The notes under the pieces: generated by a model
What the model saw: the letters and a program-made list of their open reading frames with translations, nothing else
What the model was told of the DNA's origin: nothing
Databases searched by the model: none
Assembly (NCBI GenBank): GCA_035532495.1
Contig: DATKQX010000026.1
Coordinates: 14,160-78,159, forward strand
DNA length: 64,000 bases
Direction of reading: 5' to 3'
DNA from: Candidatus Saccharimonadales bacterium
GTDB lineage: Bacteria; Chloroflexota; Dormibacteria; Aeolococcales; Aeolococcaceae
Shown: piece by piece, positions 1 to 9,567 of the stretch
Layout: every line of letters begins with the position of its first letter
How positions within the stretch are numbered: position 1 is the stretch's first letter
Translations under genes and position numbers: made by a program

Positions 1-332
1 CCGGTTCCACCCGGCAGCTGCTCGCCGTGGCCGAGAACTACCCGCAACTCAAGGCGTCCGAGCTCTTCCTCAACCTGCAGGAACAGCTGACGACGACTGA
101 GGACAAGGTGGAGTTCTCGCGGCGCTTCTATAACGGCAACGTCCGCGATTTCAACACCGCGCTGCAGACGTTCCCGACCAACATCTACGGGCAGATCATG
201 CACTTCCAGCCGTTCGCCTTCTTCCAGGTTGCGGACGCCGAACGCGCCGCGCCGACTGTGTCGTTCCCGTCTGCTCCCACGGTGCCGCCGCCCGCAGCCG
301 CGCCGCCGCCCGCTGCAGCGCCGCCCGTCTGA
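1..332 (+). CDS. lemA: LemA family protein, 5'-truncated at window edge (C-terminal part with Pro/Ala-rich tail)
   Basis: Translation ...NYPQLKASELFLNLQEQLTTTEDKVEFSRRFYNGNVRDFNTALQTFPTNIYGQIM... matches the conserved LemA C-terminal region; reading frame open to position 1. Confidence 0.75.
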   Translation, partial: GSTRQLLAVAENYPQLKASELFLNLQEQLTTTEDKVEFSRRFYNGNVRDFNTALQTFPTNIYGQIMHFQPFAFFQVADAERAAPTVSFPSAPTVPPPAAAPPPAAAPPV

Positions 333-509
333 ACCGCGCCCGCCACGGGACGCGGCTGATGGGTGCGGCGGTGAGGCGATGAAAGGCTATCGGCCGACGG
401 ACACCTTCGACAAAGCTACCGCAGGCATCCACGAGCAGGAACTCCGCGGCGATGCCGCATCCGCGTCGACGGTATCGACATGTCCGACGCGTCTGCTTCT
501 CGCAGGGAT

Positions 510-962
510 TCACTGCCAGCCGGAACTGCATCTCCGTCTACGGAGGCTGATCAGAGTCGCGCGCCGGCCGTGCGGCGTCCCGCTCCATGCGCGAAGTTCG
601 GAGCGCTGCGCGCCAACAACGCGACTCTCCGACGTCAGCCCCCCGGGCGGATGCGCCTGGATCCACGCGAGCACATCGGCAAACGGCATATCGATGCGCC
701 ACCACGACGTGCGCATCAGCAAGTTCGGCGATCCCTCGGTCGCGGGAGCTTCAGCAAGGAATGGCACCGGTGCACTGGTCACCTGCTCAGCCCCTGCGGG
801 CACGTGAACGCCGGCAAGGAGCATGGCCAGCTCCGCCTCGGCGCGCGGGTGCGTCCCGGCTAGCGCAGCGGTCGGCAGGGTCGCAGCCCCCGGGTTCGAC
901 GCGCGCTGATCGGCTCCGCTCGCGGCGCCGCAGGCGGCGACGGCGAACGCGAGCAATCGCAT
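510..962 (-). CDS. hypothetical small lipoprotein (signal peptide + lipobox LAFAVAAC)
   Basis: Minus-strand ORF; internal Met gives MRLLAFAVAACGAASG... a typical lipoprotein signal. Overlapping plus-strand ORFs are Arg-rich wrong-frame-like. No recognisable family. Confidence 0.35.
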   Translation of the reverse strand: MRLLAFAVAACGAASGADQRASNPGAATLPTAALAGTHPRAEAELAMLLAGVHVPAGAEQVTSAPVPFLAEAPATEGSPNLLMRTSWWRIDMPFADVLAWIQAHPPGGLTSESRVVGAQRSELRAWSGTPHGRRATLISLRRRRCSSGWQ

Positions 963-1103
963 GACCGCCCGCCGCAGGAGCCGGGACGACGTCTTGTACA
1001 ACTGCTCTGCTCCCTTACCGGTCAACCCTCGGCATGCACATCGATCCTACGTCGGCCGCCGGCGCATGTTCCCAAATCCGCAGATCTTCCTTGTCCGCTG
1101 ACG

Positions 1104-3518
1104 GTGCGAAGCGTGCGCCCGGCGATCTGGTCTGCCGGCACAACGAGCTTGCAACGATCGTGCTGCACGCCGATCAACCCTGCCCGCACGCCCGTAGCGT
1201 CGCACCATATGGCGGACGAAACGAAGGGATCGGACCCCGCGGCCAACGGCGACAGCGGCTCGGGCTGGGGTATCCGCGCACCCAGGGATACGGCGAACCA
1301 CGACTGGGATCGACCGCCGGCGCCGGTGCCCCCGCCGCTGCCGGCACTGATGCACGTACCGGCGCCGCTCCTGGAAGGGCAACCGCTGCCGCCGCCGCCA
1401 CCATCGCAGGCCACGCCGCATCGGCCGGCACCGGGTGCCACGCCGGTGACACTCCGCAAACCGCGGAATCCGCTCGTCGTCGTCGGCGCGGGCGTCATCG
1501 TCATCGCGATCATCGCCGCGGGCGCGCTGTTCGTCACCAGCAAGGGACCCGAGACTGTCGTGCCGCTCAGCACACCCGTGCCCTCGACGGTGGCCGTCGT
1601 CCACGCCGGCCCAGCCGAGCTGGCGCTCACGTCGCTGACCGGCGGCGGCACCACGCGGACGCTGAAGCTGCCGGGAGCACCGCAACAGATCCTCACCACG
1701 CCTGATCGCTCGAAGGCATTCCTGCTCGATGCCGATCACGGTGATGTCGTCCCGGTGAACCTCGTCAGCGGTCATGTCGGCGCGCCGATCCCCGTCGGCA
1801 AGCTGCCCACCGATGAGGAGCTGTCCGCGGACGGCTCCACGCTCTTTGTCACCGACAACCTCGGTGGGACGGTGATCCCGATCAACACCTCCACGGACCG
1901 CGCCGCACCGGCACAGGCGCTCAGCCAGGGTGTCGATTTCTACGTCCCGTCGCCGACGACATCGGGAGCGCTTGTCGGACTCGCCACGTCCAACGGTCAA
2001 CCGGGCGTCGTCTCCTTCTACGACCCTTCGAGCGGCAAGGGCTCGCAGGTCGCGATGGGGGCGAACCCGGTGGCTGCGGCCTTCTACAGCAAGGACGGAA
2101 ACACGGCATGGGTCGTCGAGCAGGGAAGCAACGGAAAGCCCGGTGTGCTCATTCCGCTCGATGTGGCGACGCGGAAGCCGGGGACCCCGATCACGCTCGG
2201 TGTCGCGCCGTCGGCGAACGCGATGACGCGAAACGGTGAGACCGCGGTGTTCACGAACCAGAACGACAACACGGTCACGATCGTCGACCTCGTCAGGCGC
2301 GCGGTCGTCGCGACGGTCGCGGTCGGCACGGCGCCGACAGCCGTCGACATCGATGCTGCCGGAACGACCGCATGGGTTGCGTGCGCGCTCGCGCACACCC
2401 TGGTTCCCATTGACCTGCTCACCGCCACGGTGGGCGCTCCCGTCTCATTGACGAACGTCCCGGGTGCTCTTGCATTGCCTGCGAAGCCCGGTGTCGCGTG
2501 GGTGCTGTTCCCGAGCTCGAACGGCAGCATCAGGTTCGTCGGTGGCACCGTGGGTCCGCTCGGACGTGCGATACCGGTTGGGAATGACCCGAACGTGCTG
2601 CTCGGCACCGGCTCCGAGTCAAGTTGGGTTGCCAACTCGCTCAACGACACGGTGCAGCGGCTCAACGTCGCCGGACAGACCGCCGGTCCCGCCATCCCCG
2701 TCGGTCGGGCGCCGAATGAGCTGAGGTTGACTCCGGACGGGGGTTCGCTGCTGGTGCTCAGCTACGGCGACGGTGTGCGTGCGGGAATGCTCACCGAGAT
2801 CAAGACCTCCACCTCGAAGCCCGGTGCGCCGCTGAGCGTCGGTCCCGCGCCGGGCCCGATGGCGGTGTCGCCGTCCGGCGCGCTCGCGTATGTGGCGAGC
2901 TATCACGCGCGCACCATCACCGTGATCGACATCGTCAACTGGCGCGTTGCCGGCAGGTTCACGCTCCCGTGCGGACCGAGTGACCTGGCGGTGACGCCGG
3001 ATGAGAGTCAGCTGTTCGTCGCGTGCGCGGACTCGTCCGCGGTGCTCGCGTTCAAGTTGCCCGACAACACGCTGAGAGCCGTCATTCCGGTGGCGGGGAT
3101 TCGCGATCTCGTCATGCCGCAGCAGGGGACGAAGCTGCTCGTGGTCTGCGACAACGCGCTCGAGAACATCGACACCATCACGGACAAGGTCGCCAGGAGC
3201 ATGCCTGAGACCGGCAACCTGGTCGACGTCGTCGAGACCACGGACGCACACACCATCCTCGCCGTGGACAACTCCGGAGCCGCGCTGCTCTGGATTGACC
3301 CGGCGACGCTCGCCACAGCCAAGTCACTTGCTGTCGGCACCCGTCCCGGTCAGGTGGCGCTGTCGCCCGACGGCACCCGCGCGTACGTCCTGGATACCAG
3401 TGAGCAGAAGCTGTTCGTGGTCAACGTGTCGTTGTGGAAGATGAGCGCCAGACTCAGTGTGGCACCGGATGCGACCGGAGTCGCCGTGCCCTCTCCCGTC
3501 TTCGTCCCGCCCTCCTGA
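1104..3518 (+). CDS. membrane-anchored YVTN-family beta-propeller repeat protein (Pro-rich cytoplasmic N-terminus, one TM helix, about 14 repeats of ~40 aa)
   Basis: Repeated motifs LFVTDNLGGTV..IN / AYVLDTSEQKLFVVNV typical of YVTN/NHL-like propeller repeats. TM segment LVVVGAGVIVIAIIAAGALFV. Alternative start at ATG 1209. Confidence 0.7.
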   Translation: MRSVRPAIWSAGTTSLQRSCCTPINPARTPVASHHMADETKGSDPAANGDSGSGWGIRAPRDTANHDWDRPPAPVPPPLPALMHVPAPLLEGQPLPPPPPSQATPHRPAPGATPVTLRKPRNPLVVVGAGVIVIAIIAAGALFVTSKGPETVVPLSTPVPSTVAVVHAGPAELALTSLTGGGTTRTLKLPGAPQQILTTPDRSKAFLLDADHGDVVPVNLVSGHVGAPIPVGKLPTDEELSADGSTLFVTDNLGGTVIPINTSTDRAAPAQALSQGVDFYVPSPTTSGALVGLATSNGQPGVVSFYDPSSGKGSQVAMGANPVAAAFYSKDGNTAWVVEQGSNGKPGVLIPLDVATRKPGTPITLGVAPSANAMTRNGETAVFTNQNDNTVTIVDLVRRAVVATVAVGTAPTAVDIDAAGTTAWVACALAHTLVPIDLLTATVGAPVSLTNVPGALALPAKPGVAWVLFPSSNGSIRFVGGTVGPLGRAIPVGNDPNVLLGTGSESSWVANSLNDTVQRLNVAGQTAGPAIPVGRAPNELRLTPDGGSLLVLSYGDGVRAGMLTEIKTSTSKPGAPLSVGPAPGPMAVSPSGALAYVASYHARTITVIDIVNWRVAGRFTLPCGPSDLAVTPDESQLFVACADSSAVLAFKLPDNTLRAVIPVAGIRDLVMPQQGTKLLVVCDNALENIDTITDKVARSMPETGNLVDVVETTDAHTILAVDNSGAALLWIDPATLATAKSLAVGTRPGQVALSPDGTRAYVLDTSEQKLFVVNVSLWKMSARLSVAPDATGVAVPSPVFVPPS

Positions 3519-3519
3519 G

Positions 3520-4638
3520 GTGACCACACCGACCGTCGCGCCGCCTCCGCCACTGCCGCCACCACCGTGGCTGGCACCGCCGCCCGCACCTCCGCCGCCC
3601 CCGCCGAGCCGGAGTCGCACGTACGCGATCGCACTTGCGGCTGCCGCCGCGGTGATCCCGATCGCCGCAGTCGGATGGTTGCTCGTGAGCGGGACACAGC
3701 ACGACGCACCACCGGCTGCGACGGCTGGGCGCATTGCCGGCGACGCAGGCATCGTCAACATCAACGGCGATATCCCGGGGGGAACGATTGCCGGCACCGG
3801 CATGCTGCTGACGTCGAGTGGCATCGTGCTGACCAACAACCACGTGGTCGCAAACACCACATCGCTGACGGCACAACTCGCCGGCAGAGGACCGATCTAC
3901 AAAGCATCCGTCATCGGTGTCGATCCCACCCAGGATGTGGCGGTGATGCAACTCGAGGGGGCGTCAGGGCTACCGACGACGGCGTTCGACTTGTCGGGCT
4001 CACTGGCCGTCGGCGATCAGGTGACCGGTAAGGGGAACGCGCTGGGACGCAACGGACCACCGGTCGTCGCGAAGGGAACGGTGACGTCGCTTGACGAGAC
4101 GATACAGGTACAGGACGAGGGAGCCACGATCGTCGAGACGCTCGACGGCGTCATCTGCTTCAACGCGCCCATTCAACCGGGCGACTCCGGTGGCCCGTTG
4201 CTCAATGCGCAGGACCGGGTCATCGGCATGGACACCGCCGGATCGTTGACCACTGCCACAGGAGCGTCGGCATCGTGGGGATGCGCCATCCCCATCACGC
4301 GCGCGATGACCATCGCGCAGGAGATCCGCGCGGGTACGGTGTCGCCGTACTTCGAATCCGGCCATCGTGGCGTGCTCGGAGTCGAGGTGACCACGAGAGG
4401 CGGTGTCATTGGGGCGGTCGTCGTGAGCACAACGCCGAGGGACGCCGCGGCGTCCGCGGGGATCGTGCCCGGGGATGTGATCACCGAGGTGGCCGGCCTC
4501 GCGGTCCCGTCTGTAGCCGACTTCTACCAGGTCATGCAGGACCGGCGTCCGGGTGACAGCGTCGCGGTGACCTGGCTCGACGACGCAGGCGCATCGCACT
4601 CGGCGAGCGTCACGCTCAGCGCGGGGCCGCCGGCGTAA
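3520..4638 (+). CDS. trypsin-like serine protease with C-terminal PDZ domain (HtrA/DegP-like, S1C); Pro-rich N-terminus + TM anchor
   Basis: Motifs TNNHVV (His), GDSGGPL (Ser), PDZ-like tail. ORF opens at 3457 and overlaps the upstream gene by 60 bp; GTG 3520 directly after the upstream stop is the more likely start. Confidence 0.8.
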   Translation: MTTPTVAPPPPLPPPPWLAPPPAPPPPPPSRSRTYAIALAAAAAVIPIAAVGWLLVSGTQHDAPPAATAGRIAGDAGIVNINGDIPGGTIAGTGMLLTSSGIVLTNNHVVANTTSLTAQLAGRGPIYKASVIGVDPTQDVAVMQLEGASGLPTTAFDLSGSLAVGDQVTGKGNALGRNGPPVVAKGTVTSLDETIQVQDEGATIVETLDGVICFNAPIQPGDSGGPLLNAQDRVIGMDTAGSLTTATGASASWGCAIPITRAMTIAQEIRAGTVSPYFESGHRGVLGVEVTTRGGVIGAVVVSTTPRDAAASAGIVPGDVITEVAGLAVPSVADFYQVMQDRRPGDSVAVTWLDDAGASHSASVTLSAGPPA

Positions 4639-4644
4639 GGCTGT

Positions 4645-5565
4645 CTAGGTCTCCTTGACCTGCAGCATTGCCTGCAGCGTTGCGATGCGCTCCTCGATGG
4701 GGGGATGCGTGTCGAAGAGGTGATGCGTGAACCCGCCGTGGTGCTGCAGCGGATCGTCGATGCACATCGCCGCCGTGGCGTGGGTCATCTTCGCGAAGGG
4801 CTTCTCGTTCTGCTGCAGCTTCTGCAACGCATGGAGGAGTCCCGCGGGGTTGCGCGTGAGTTCGACGCTGCTCGCATCGGCGAGCGACTCGCGCGAGCGT
4901 GACAGTGCGAGCTGCATCAGCGGACCGACGATCACGGCAACCACGGAGAGCAGTGCTGCGGCTGCGATGAGAATGATGATCAGGTAGCCGCCGTCGCGAT
5001 TGTTGCCGCCGCGCGTGAAGAACAGCGAGCGCCACAGGAGACTCGCGACGAGTCCGATGAGCGCGACCGACGTGGCGACGATCAGCACCAGGCGCACGTC
5101 GTAGTTGCGGATGTGGCTCATCTCGTGCCCGATAACGCCCTCGAGCTCCTCGCGATTCATGATCGCGAGCAGTCCAGTCGTGCACGTGATGGCCGCCTTG
5201 GTCGGACTGGTCCCCGTCGCGAAGGCGTTTGGCGAAGGGTCATTGATGATGTAGACCTTCGGCATCGGTAGTCCCGCGCCGATCGCGAGCGTGGAGACGA
5301 CGTCGTACAGGACCGGTGCCTGTTGCTGGGTGACCGGTTGCGCACCCGAGACGGCGAGGACGGTTGCCTGTCCGGCCGTCAGCGACCAGAGCACCACGAG
5401 GAGCGCCAGGATCGCCGCGATGATGATGCCCGCGACACCGCCGCTGACGCCTGAGGCGATGAAGCCGATCACGTAGCCGATCGCTGCCCAGACGATGAAG
5501 AAGCTCACGATCACGATCACGCTCTTGCGCTTGTTGCGGGCAATCTGGTGATACATCGCCTTCAC
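4645..5565 (-). CDS. htpX: zinc metalloprotease HtpX (M48 family)
   Basis: HEMSHI (HEXXH) motif, 4 TM segments, overall HtpX architecture. Confidence 0.9.
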   Translation of the reverse strand: MKAMYHQIARNKRKSVIVIVSFFIVWAAIGYVIGFIASGVSGGVAGIIIAAILALLVVLWSLTAGQATVLAVSGAQPVTQQQAPVLYDVVSTLAIGAGLPMPKVYIINDPSPNAFATGTSPTKAAITCTTGLLAIMNREELEGVIGHEMSHIRNYDVRLVLIVATSVALIGLVASLLWRSLFFTRGGNNRDGGYLIIILIAAAALLSVVAVIVGPLMQLALSRSRESLADASSVELTRNPAGLLHALQKLQQNEKPFAKMTHATAAMCIDDPLQHHGGFTHHLFDTHPPIEERIATLQAMLQVKET

Positions 5566-5610
5566 TATGCCACGGCAGCAGGCAGGGGAAACCGAAGCTG
5601 CGGCGGCCGC

Positions 5611-6897
5611 TCAGATCAGGCCGGCATAACGCTCCCGCACCGCTCGAAGGGATGCCTGCACCGGGATCGGGGTCTCGGCTCTCGGCGCAACACAGTCAGC
5701 CGTCTTGAGCCCGGCGCCCGTGATGTAGGCGACAACCGTCTCGTCCCCGTGCCACCGCCCGGCGCGAGCAAGGTTGCGAAGCACCGCCACCGTGACCCCG
5801 CCCGCCGTCTCGGCGAAGATGCCCTCGGTCGCGGCGAGCAGCTCGATTCCCTCGACGAGCTCATCTTCGGTGGCGCTGGCCACAACGCCGCCGGTGTCGC
5901 GTGCGATGCGCACGACCTCGGCGCCGTCGGACGGGTTGCCGATCGCGATCGAGCGGGCGATCGTATTCGGCCGCACCGGGACCACAGTGTCGTCACCCGC
6001 GTTGAACGCAGTGGCGACCGGCGAGCATCCCGCCGCCTGCGCGCCGGTCAGCTTCGGGACCCGCGAACCTCGGTCCACGAGGCCGAGGTCGATGAGCTCG
6101 CCGGCGGCCTTCCGGTGTTTGACGAACTGGCATCCGGACGCGACCGGGACGATGATTTCGTCGGGAAGCCGCCACCCGAGCTGTTCCGCAGTTTCGAAGG
6201 TGAGCGTCTTGCTGCCCTCACTGTAGTACGCGCGGAGATTGAGATTGCAGAACCCCCAGTCCACACAGTCGGCGAGCTCGGTGCAGAGGCGGTTCACATC
6301 GTCGTAGCTGCCGTCGACCGCGATGAGCGTGGGCCGGAAGATCGACGTGCCGATCATCTTCGCCGGCTCGAGGTCGCTCGGGACGACGACGACGGCGCGC
6401 ATGCCCGCGTGCGCTGCGTACGCGGCGACCGAGTTCGCCAGGTTGCCGGTGCTCGCACATGCGATCGTCGTGAGGCCGTGCTCCCGCGCCCAGGTTGCGG
6501 CGACGCTCACGACGCGATCCTTGAACGACCCGGTGGGATTCTGCGTGTCGTTCTTCAGGTACAGGTTGCGGAGTCCCAGCTCGGCGCCGAGGTTGCGCGC
6601 ATGGATCAGCGGCGTGAATCCCTCACCGAGCGTGATCGGCTCGGATACCCCAACGTCGACCGGGAGCAGGTCGCGGTACCGCCAGATGCTCGGTGGACCC
6701 GCGTCGATGGACTCTCGCGACACACGTCGTGCCACCTCTGCGTAGTCGTAGCGAACCTCGAGCGGTCCGAAGCATCGATCACAGATGTTCGTTGCCTCGA
6801 CCGGCGTCTCGTGACCGCACGCGCGACATACAAGACACTCGACGTGCGCCGGTGCCGGAGCACGTCCGTAGCGTTCGAGCAGACTGATTGTGGACAT
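5611..6897 (-). CDS. thrC: threonine synthase with N-terminal Cys4 zinc-ribbon
   Basis: PLP-fold motifs GSFKDR, ASTGN; N-terminal CxxC...CxxC. Confidence 0.9.
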   Translation of the reverse strand: MSTISLLERYGRAPAPAHVECLVCRACGHETPVEATNICDRCFGPLEVRYDYAEVARRVSRESIDAGPPSIWRYRDLLPVDVGVSEPITLGEGFTPLIHARNLGAELGLRNLYLKNDTQNPTGSFKDRVVSVAATWAREHGLTTIACASTGNLANSVAAYAAHAGMRAVVVVPSDLEPAKMIGTSIFRPTLIAVDGSYDDVNRLCTELADCVDWGFCNLNLRAYYSEGSKTLTFETAEQLGWRLPDEIIVPVASGCQFVKHRKAAGELIDLGLVDRGSRVPKLTGAQAAGCSPVATAFNAGDDTVVPVRPNTIARSIAIGNPSDGAEVVRIARDTGGVVASATEDELVEGIELLAATEGIFAETAGGVTVAVLRNLARAGRWHGDETVVAYITGAGLKTADCVAPRAETPIPVQASLRAVRERYAGLI

Positions 6898-7127
6898 AAA
6901 AAAACCTCCCGGTCTTGTGACCCGGGAGGCTTCCGCAACGTGGGCGCGTGCGCCGTTACGTTCGGAAACCTCCGCGGCGCATGATCATGGGTACGAGCAC
7001 GACTCGTGGGCTCAACATTGGCGGGAATCCTAGCACGCTTCCCGCGTGGGGCTGTCAAGGAGTGTGAGAGTCGTGACCCGGTGGCCGCCCCGTTCCATTG
7101 GGGCCGCGGCCCCAACGACACGCCGGC
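6898..7127 (-). promoter_or_regulatory. structured 5' leader of thrC: SD-sequestering terminator hairpin (CCTCCCGG-N9-CCGGGAGG + U7) abutting the ATG; upstream 8-bp long-range pairing; 22-codon uORF
   Basis: Minus-strand RNA reads ...GCGGAAGCCUCCCGGGUCACAAGACCGGGAGGUUUUUUUAUG. GGAGG (SD) lies in the 3' arm of an 8-bp perfect stem followed by 7 U. Upstream CACGACUC...GAGUCGUG can enclose ~70 nt. Confidence 0.45.
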
Positions 7128-9563
7128 TCAGACCCGGCGGATCAGATCTCGCTCGACACGCGCACGCGTGAGTGCGACCACCGGATGCAGCTCATGACCC
7201 CGCAGCGCCTGCTCCATCTGGCGCAGCAGCGAGTAGAGGCTCTTCACCGCCTTGACCACATCGCCGGTGTCCGCGCCCGGCGGCGGCTCGATGTCCGCGA
7301 GCGGCACGCCCGACGCCCACTCGTAGGCCGGACGGATCTGTTCGAGCGAGAGTGGCGGCATGGTCTCGAGCCCGTGCTCCCGCTCCAGCTCGGTGAACCG
7401 GCGCATGGCCGTGCGCAGCCGGCGGTGCCGCTCCTCGATGCGCGGCGTCGGGAAGTGGCGGCGTGAGGGCTGCGGTCGCTCACGCCCGCGGTCCTCGCTG
7501 ACGAGGCTGACCAGGGTCGCCGCGAGCTCCTCGGGTTTCAGGCCGGCAAGCACGCCCGATGCGACCGCGTCGGCAACGAGGAGCGAGCTCTCACCGTAGA
7601 GGGAACCGGCGAGGCGCCCGAGGTCGGTGGGCACGTCGCCGTCGAGAAAACCCGCGGCGCGCAGGACCGCGCGGTGCGCCTGGAATTCGCGACGGAAACG
7701 GTGCTGGGCGCGTTCGAGCTCCTCCTCGGCGCCTGCGAGCGTCGTCTCGATGTCGGCGATCCGGTAGCGATGGTTGCGGTGATCACCGAGATATGGGCAG
7801 TGGTGGCAGGGCGAATCGTTGAGCCGTTCCTGCAGCGACCGCGCCGTGCGCCGGAGCGCCTCGTATTTCTGGCCCGGATCGGCGCCGGCCTTGCCGTAAC
7901 GCCCGCGGCGCGCGTCGGTCCAGTGCCCGCGCCGCGCGCGGCGCAACTCGAGCTGCGTCTCCCCGAGCTGCGTCCCCGCGCTGAGAAACGACGTCAGCGT
8001 CCGCTCCGTGCAGGGGACGCGTGGGTGCTGGAAGCGTCGCAGGCGCAGGTCGGCGAGCTCGGATTCGAGGTTGGCACGGCGATGGTCCCAGCGCGCGGTG
8101 CGCTCGATCGCCTGGTACTGTCCGAAGGAGCTGTCGAGGAGCAGCTCGGCCGCCTCCGCGGACCGTGTTCGCAGCAGGTTGAGGACCATCGTGTACGTCG
8201 GTGAGAACTTGGAGTCCACGGCGAACTCGCCCGAGATCGCCGCGTCGTAGATATCGCGGAGATCGACATCGCTCTCCTTGAGGATGACGCCGTGTCCGAC
8301 GGTGTCGATGCCGCGCCGTCCGGCCCGGCCCATGAGCTGCGTCAGCTCACCGCTCGTCAGCGCCGCGAAGCTCACCCCGTCGAACTTCGTGAAGGTCGAG
8401 ATGACGCAGGAGCGGGCCGGCATGTTGAGCCCCAGCGACAGCGTCTCCGTGGCGAAGACGACCTTGATCAGGCCTTGCTGAAACAGCTTTTCGACGATCT
8501 CCTTCGCGTAGGGGAGCAGCCCTGCGTGGTGCATCGCGAGTCCGCGGCGGAGCAGGCGTCTGTCCAGCTCGAGGAGGACGCAGCGCCGTTCGTCGTCATC
8601 GGTCAGCACTGCAAGCTGCTCGGTGAGCGCCGCATCGATGCGCTCTTTCTCCTCGTCGTTGGTGAGGTCGATCGCGTGCACACCGCAGCGTTGGAGCGCC
8701 TCGCGGCATCCCCGGCGCGAGAAGATGAAGTAGATCGCGGGGAGCATCGCGCGACTGCGCAAGACCTCGATCACCTGGAGCAGATCGTTGTCCGGCGCGC
8801 GCCGCGCCTCGCGAAATCGAGGCTGCTGCACGGCATCCGCCTGCGCCAGCTCGAGCGTCCCGCGCGCGGCATTACCGGCTTTGTCGAAGAGTGGGTGGAG
8901 CGCGTTGTCGATGGCGAGCCACATCTCGAGCGCGACGGGGCGTTCGGTACGCGTCACCGTCTCGATGGTGCCGCGCAACCCGGACATCCAGGTCGCCACC
9001 TCGCCGACGTTGCTGATCGTCGCGGAAAGGCCGATCAACCGGATATGGGCGGGCGCCTCGATGATCAACTCCTCCCAGACCGTGCCGCGTGGGTAGTCGT
9101 CGATGTAATGGATCTCGTCGAGCACGACATCGCCGACGCGATCGACGCGCGCGGGCTCGTCGTACAGCACGTTGCGCAGGATCTCCGTGGTCATCACCAA
9201 CACCGGAGCGCCGTCGTTGACGGTGTGCTCGCCGGTGACGAGCCCGATGTTGCGTTCACCAAAACGGTCACGGAGGTCGTGAAACTTCTGATTGCTCAAC
9301 GCTTTCAGCGGCGTGGTGTAGACGACATCGGCAGCGTCGGTGATCGGCCTGCGCAACCGCGCCGGCGCCTTGAGGCGCCGCCAGATCACGTAGTCCGCGA
9401 CCACAGTCTTGCCGCTGGACGTCGGCGCGCTCACGAGGACGCCGCGCGAGCGTTCGAGCTTGATGATCGCCTCGCGCTGGAAATCATCGAGCGCGAACGG
9501 CAGCGTTGCCTCGTATGCCTCGATCAGCTCCGACGTCAAGGCGCCGGACTCCGTCAACGCCAT
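7128..9563 (-). CDS. helY: Ski2-like DEAD/DEAH-box helicase (HelY-type)
   Basis: Walker A APTSSGKT, DEIH box, helicase C-terminal motifs, long C-terminal extension. Confidence 0.85.
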   Translation of the reverse strand: MALTESGALTSELIEAYEATLPFALDDFQREAIIKLERSRGVLVSAPTSSGKTVVADYVIWRRLKAPARLRRPITDAADVVYTTPLKALSNQKFHDLRDRFGERNIGLVTGEHTVNDGAPVLVMTTEILRNVLYDEPARVDRVGDVVLDEIHYIDDYPRGTVWEELIIEAPAHIRLIGLSATISNVGEVATWMSGLRGTIETVTRTERPVALEMWLAIDNALHPLFDKAGNAARGTLELAQADAVQQPRFREARRAPDNDLLQVIEVLRSRAMLPAIYFIFSRRGCREALQRCGVHAIDLTNDEEKERIDAALTEQLAVLTDDDERRCVLLELDRRLLRRGLAMHHAGLLPYAKEIVEKLFQQGLIKVVFATETLSLGLNMPARSCVISTFTKFDGVSFAALTSGELTQLMGRAGRRGIDTVGHGVILKESDVDLRDIYDAAISGEFAVDSKFSPTYTMVLNLLRTRSAEAAELLLDSSFGQYQAIERTARWDHRRANLESELADLRLRRFQHPRVPCTERTLTSFLSAGTQLGETQLELRRARRGHWTDARRGRYGKAGADPGQKYEALRRTARSLQERLNDSPCHHCPYLGDHRNHRYRIADIETTLAGAEEELERAQHRFRREFQAHRAVLRAAGFLDGDVPTDLGRLAGSLYGESSLLVADAVASGVLAGLKPEELAATLVSLVSEDRGRERPQPSRRHFPTPRIEERHRRLRTAMRRFTELEREHGLETMPPLSLEQIRPAYEWASGVPLADIEPPPGADTGDVVKAVKSLYSLLRQMEQALRGHELHPVVALTRARVERDLIRRV

Positions 9564-9567
9564 GCCG

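Noticed and set aside
5566-5610. Terminator between thrC and htpX
   Set aside because: Only a weak 5-bp GCAGC/GCTGC pairing with a long loop and no U-tract, so it is not convincing.
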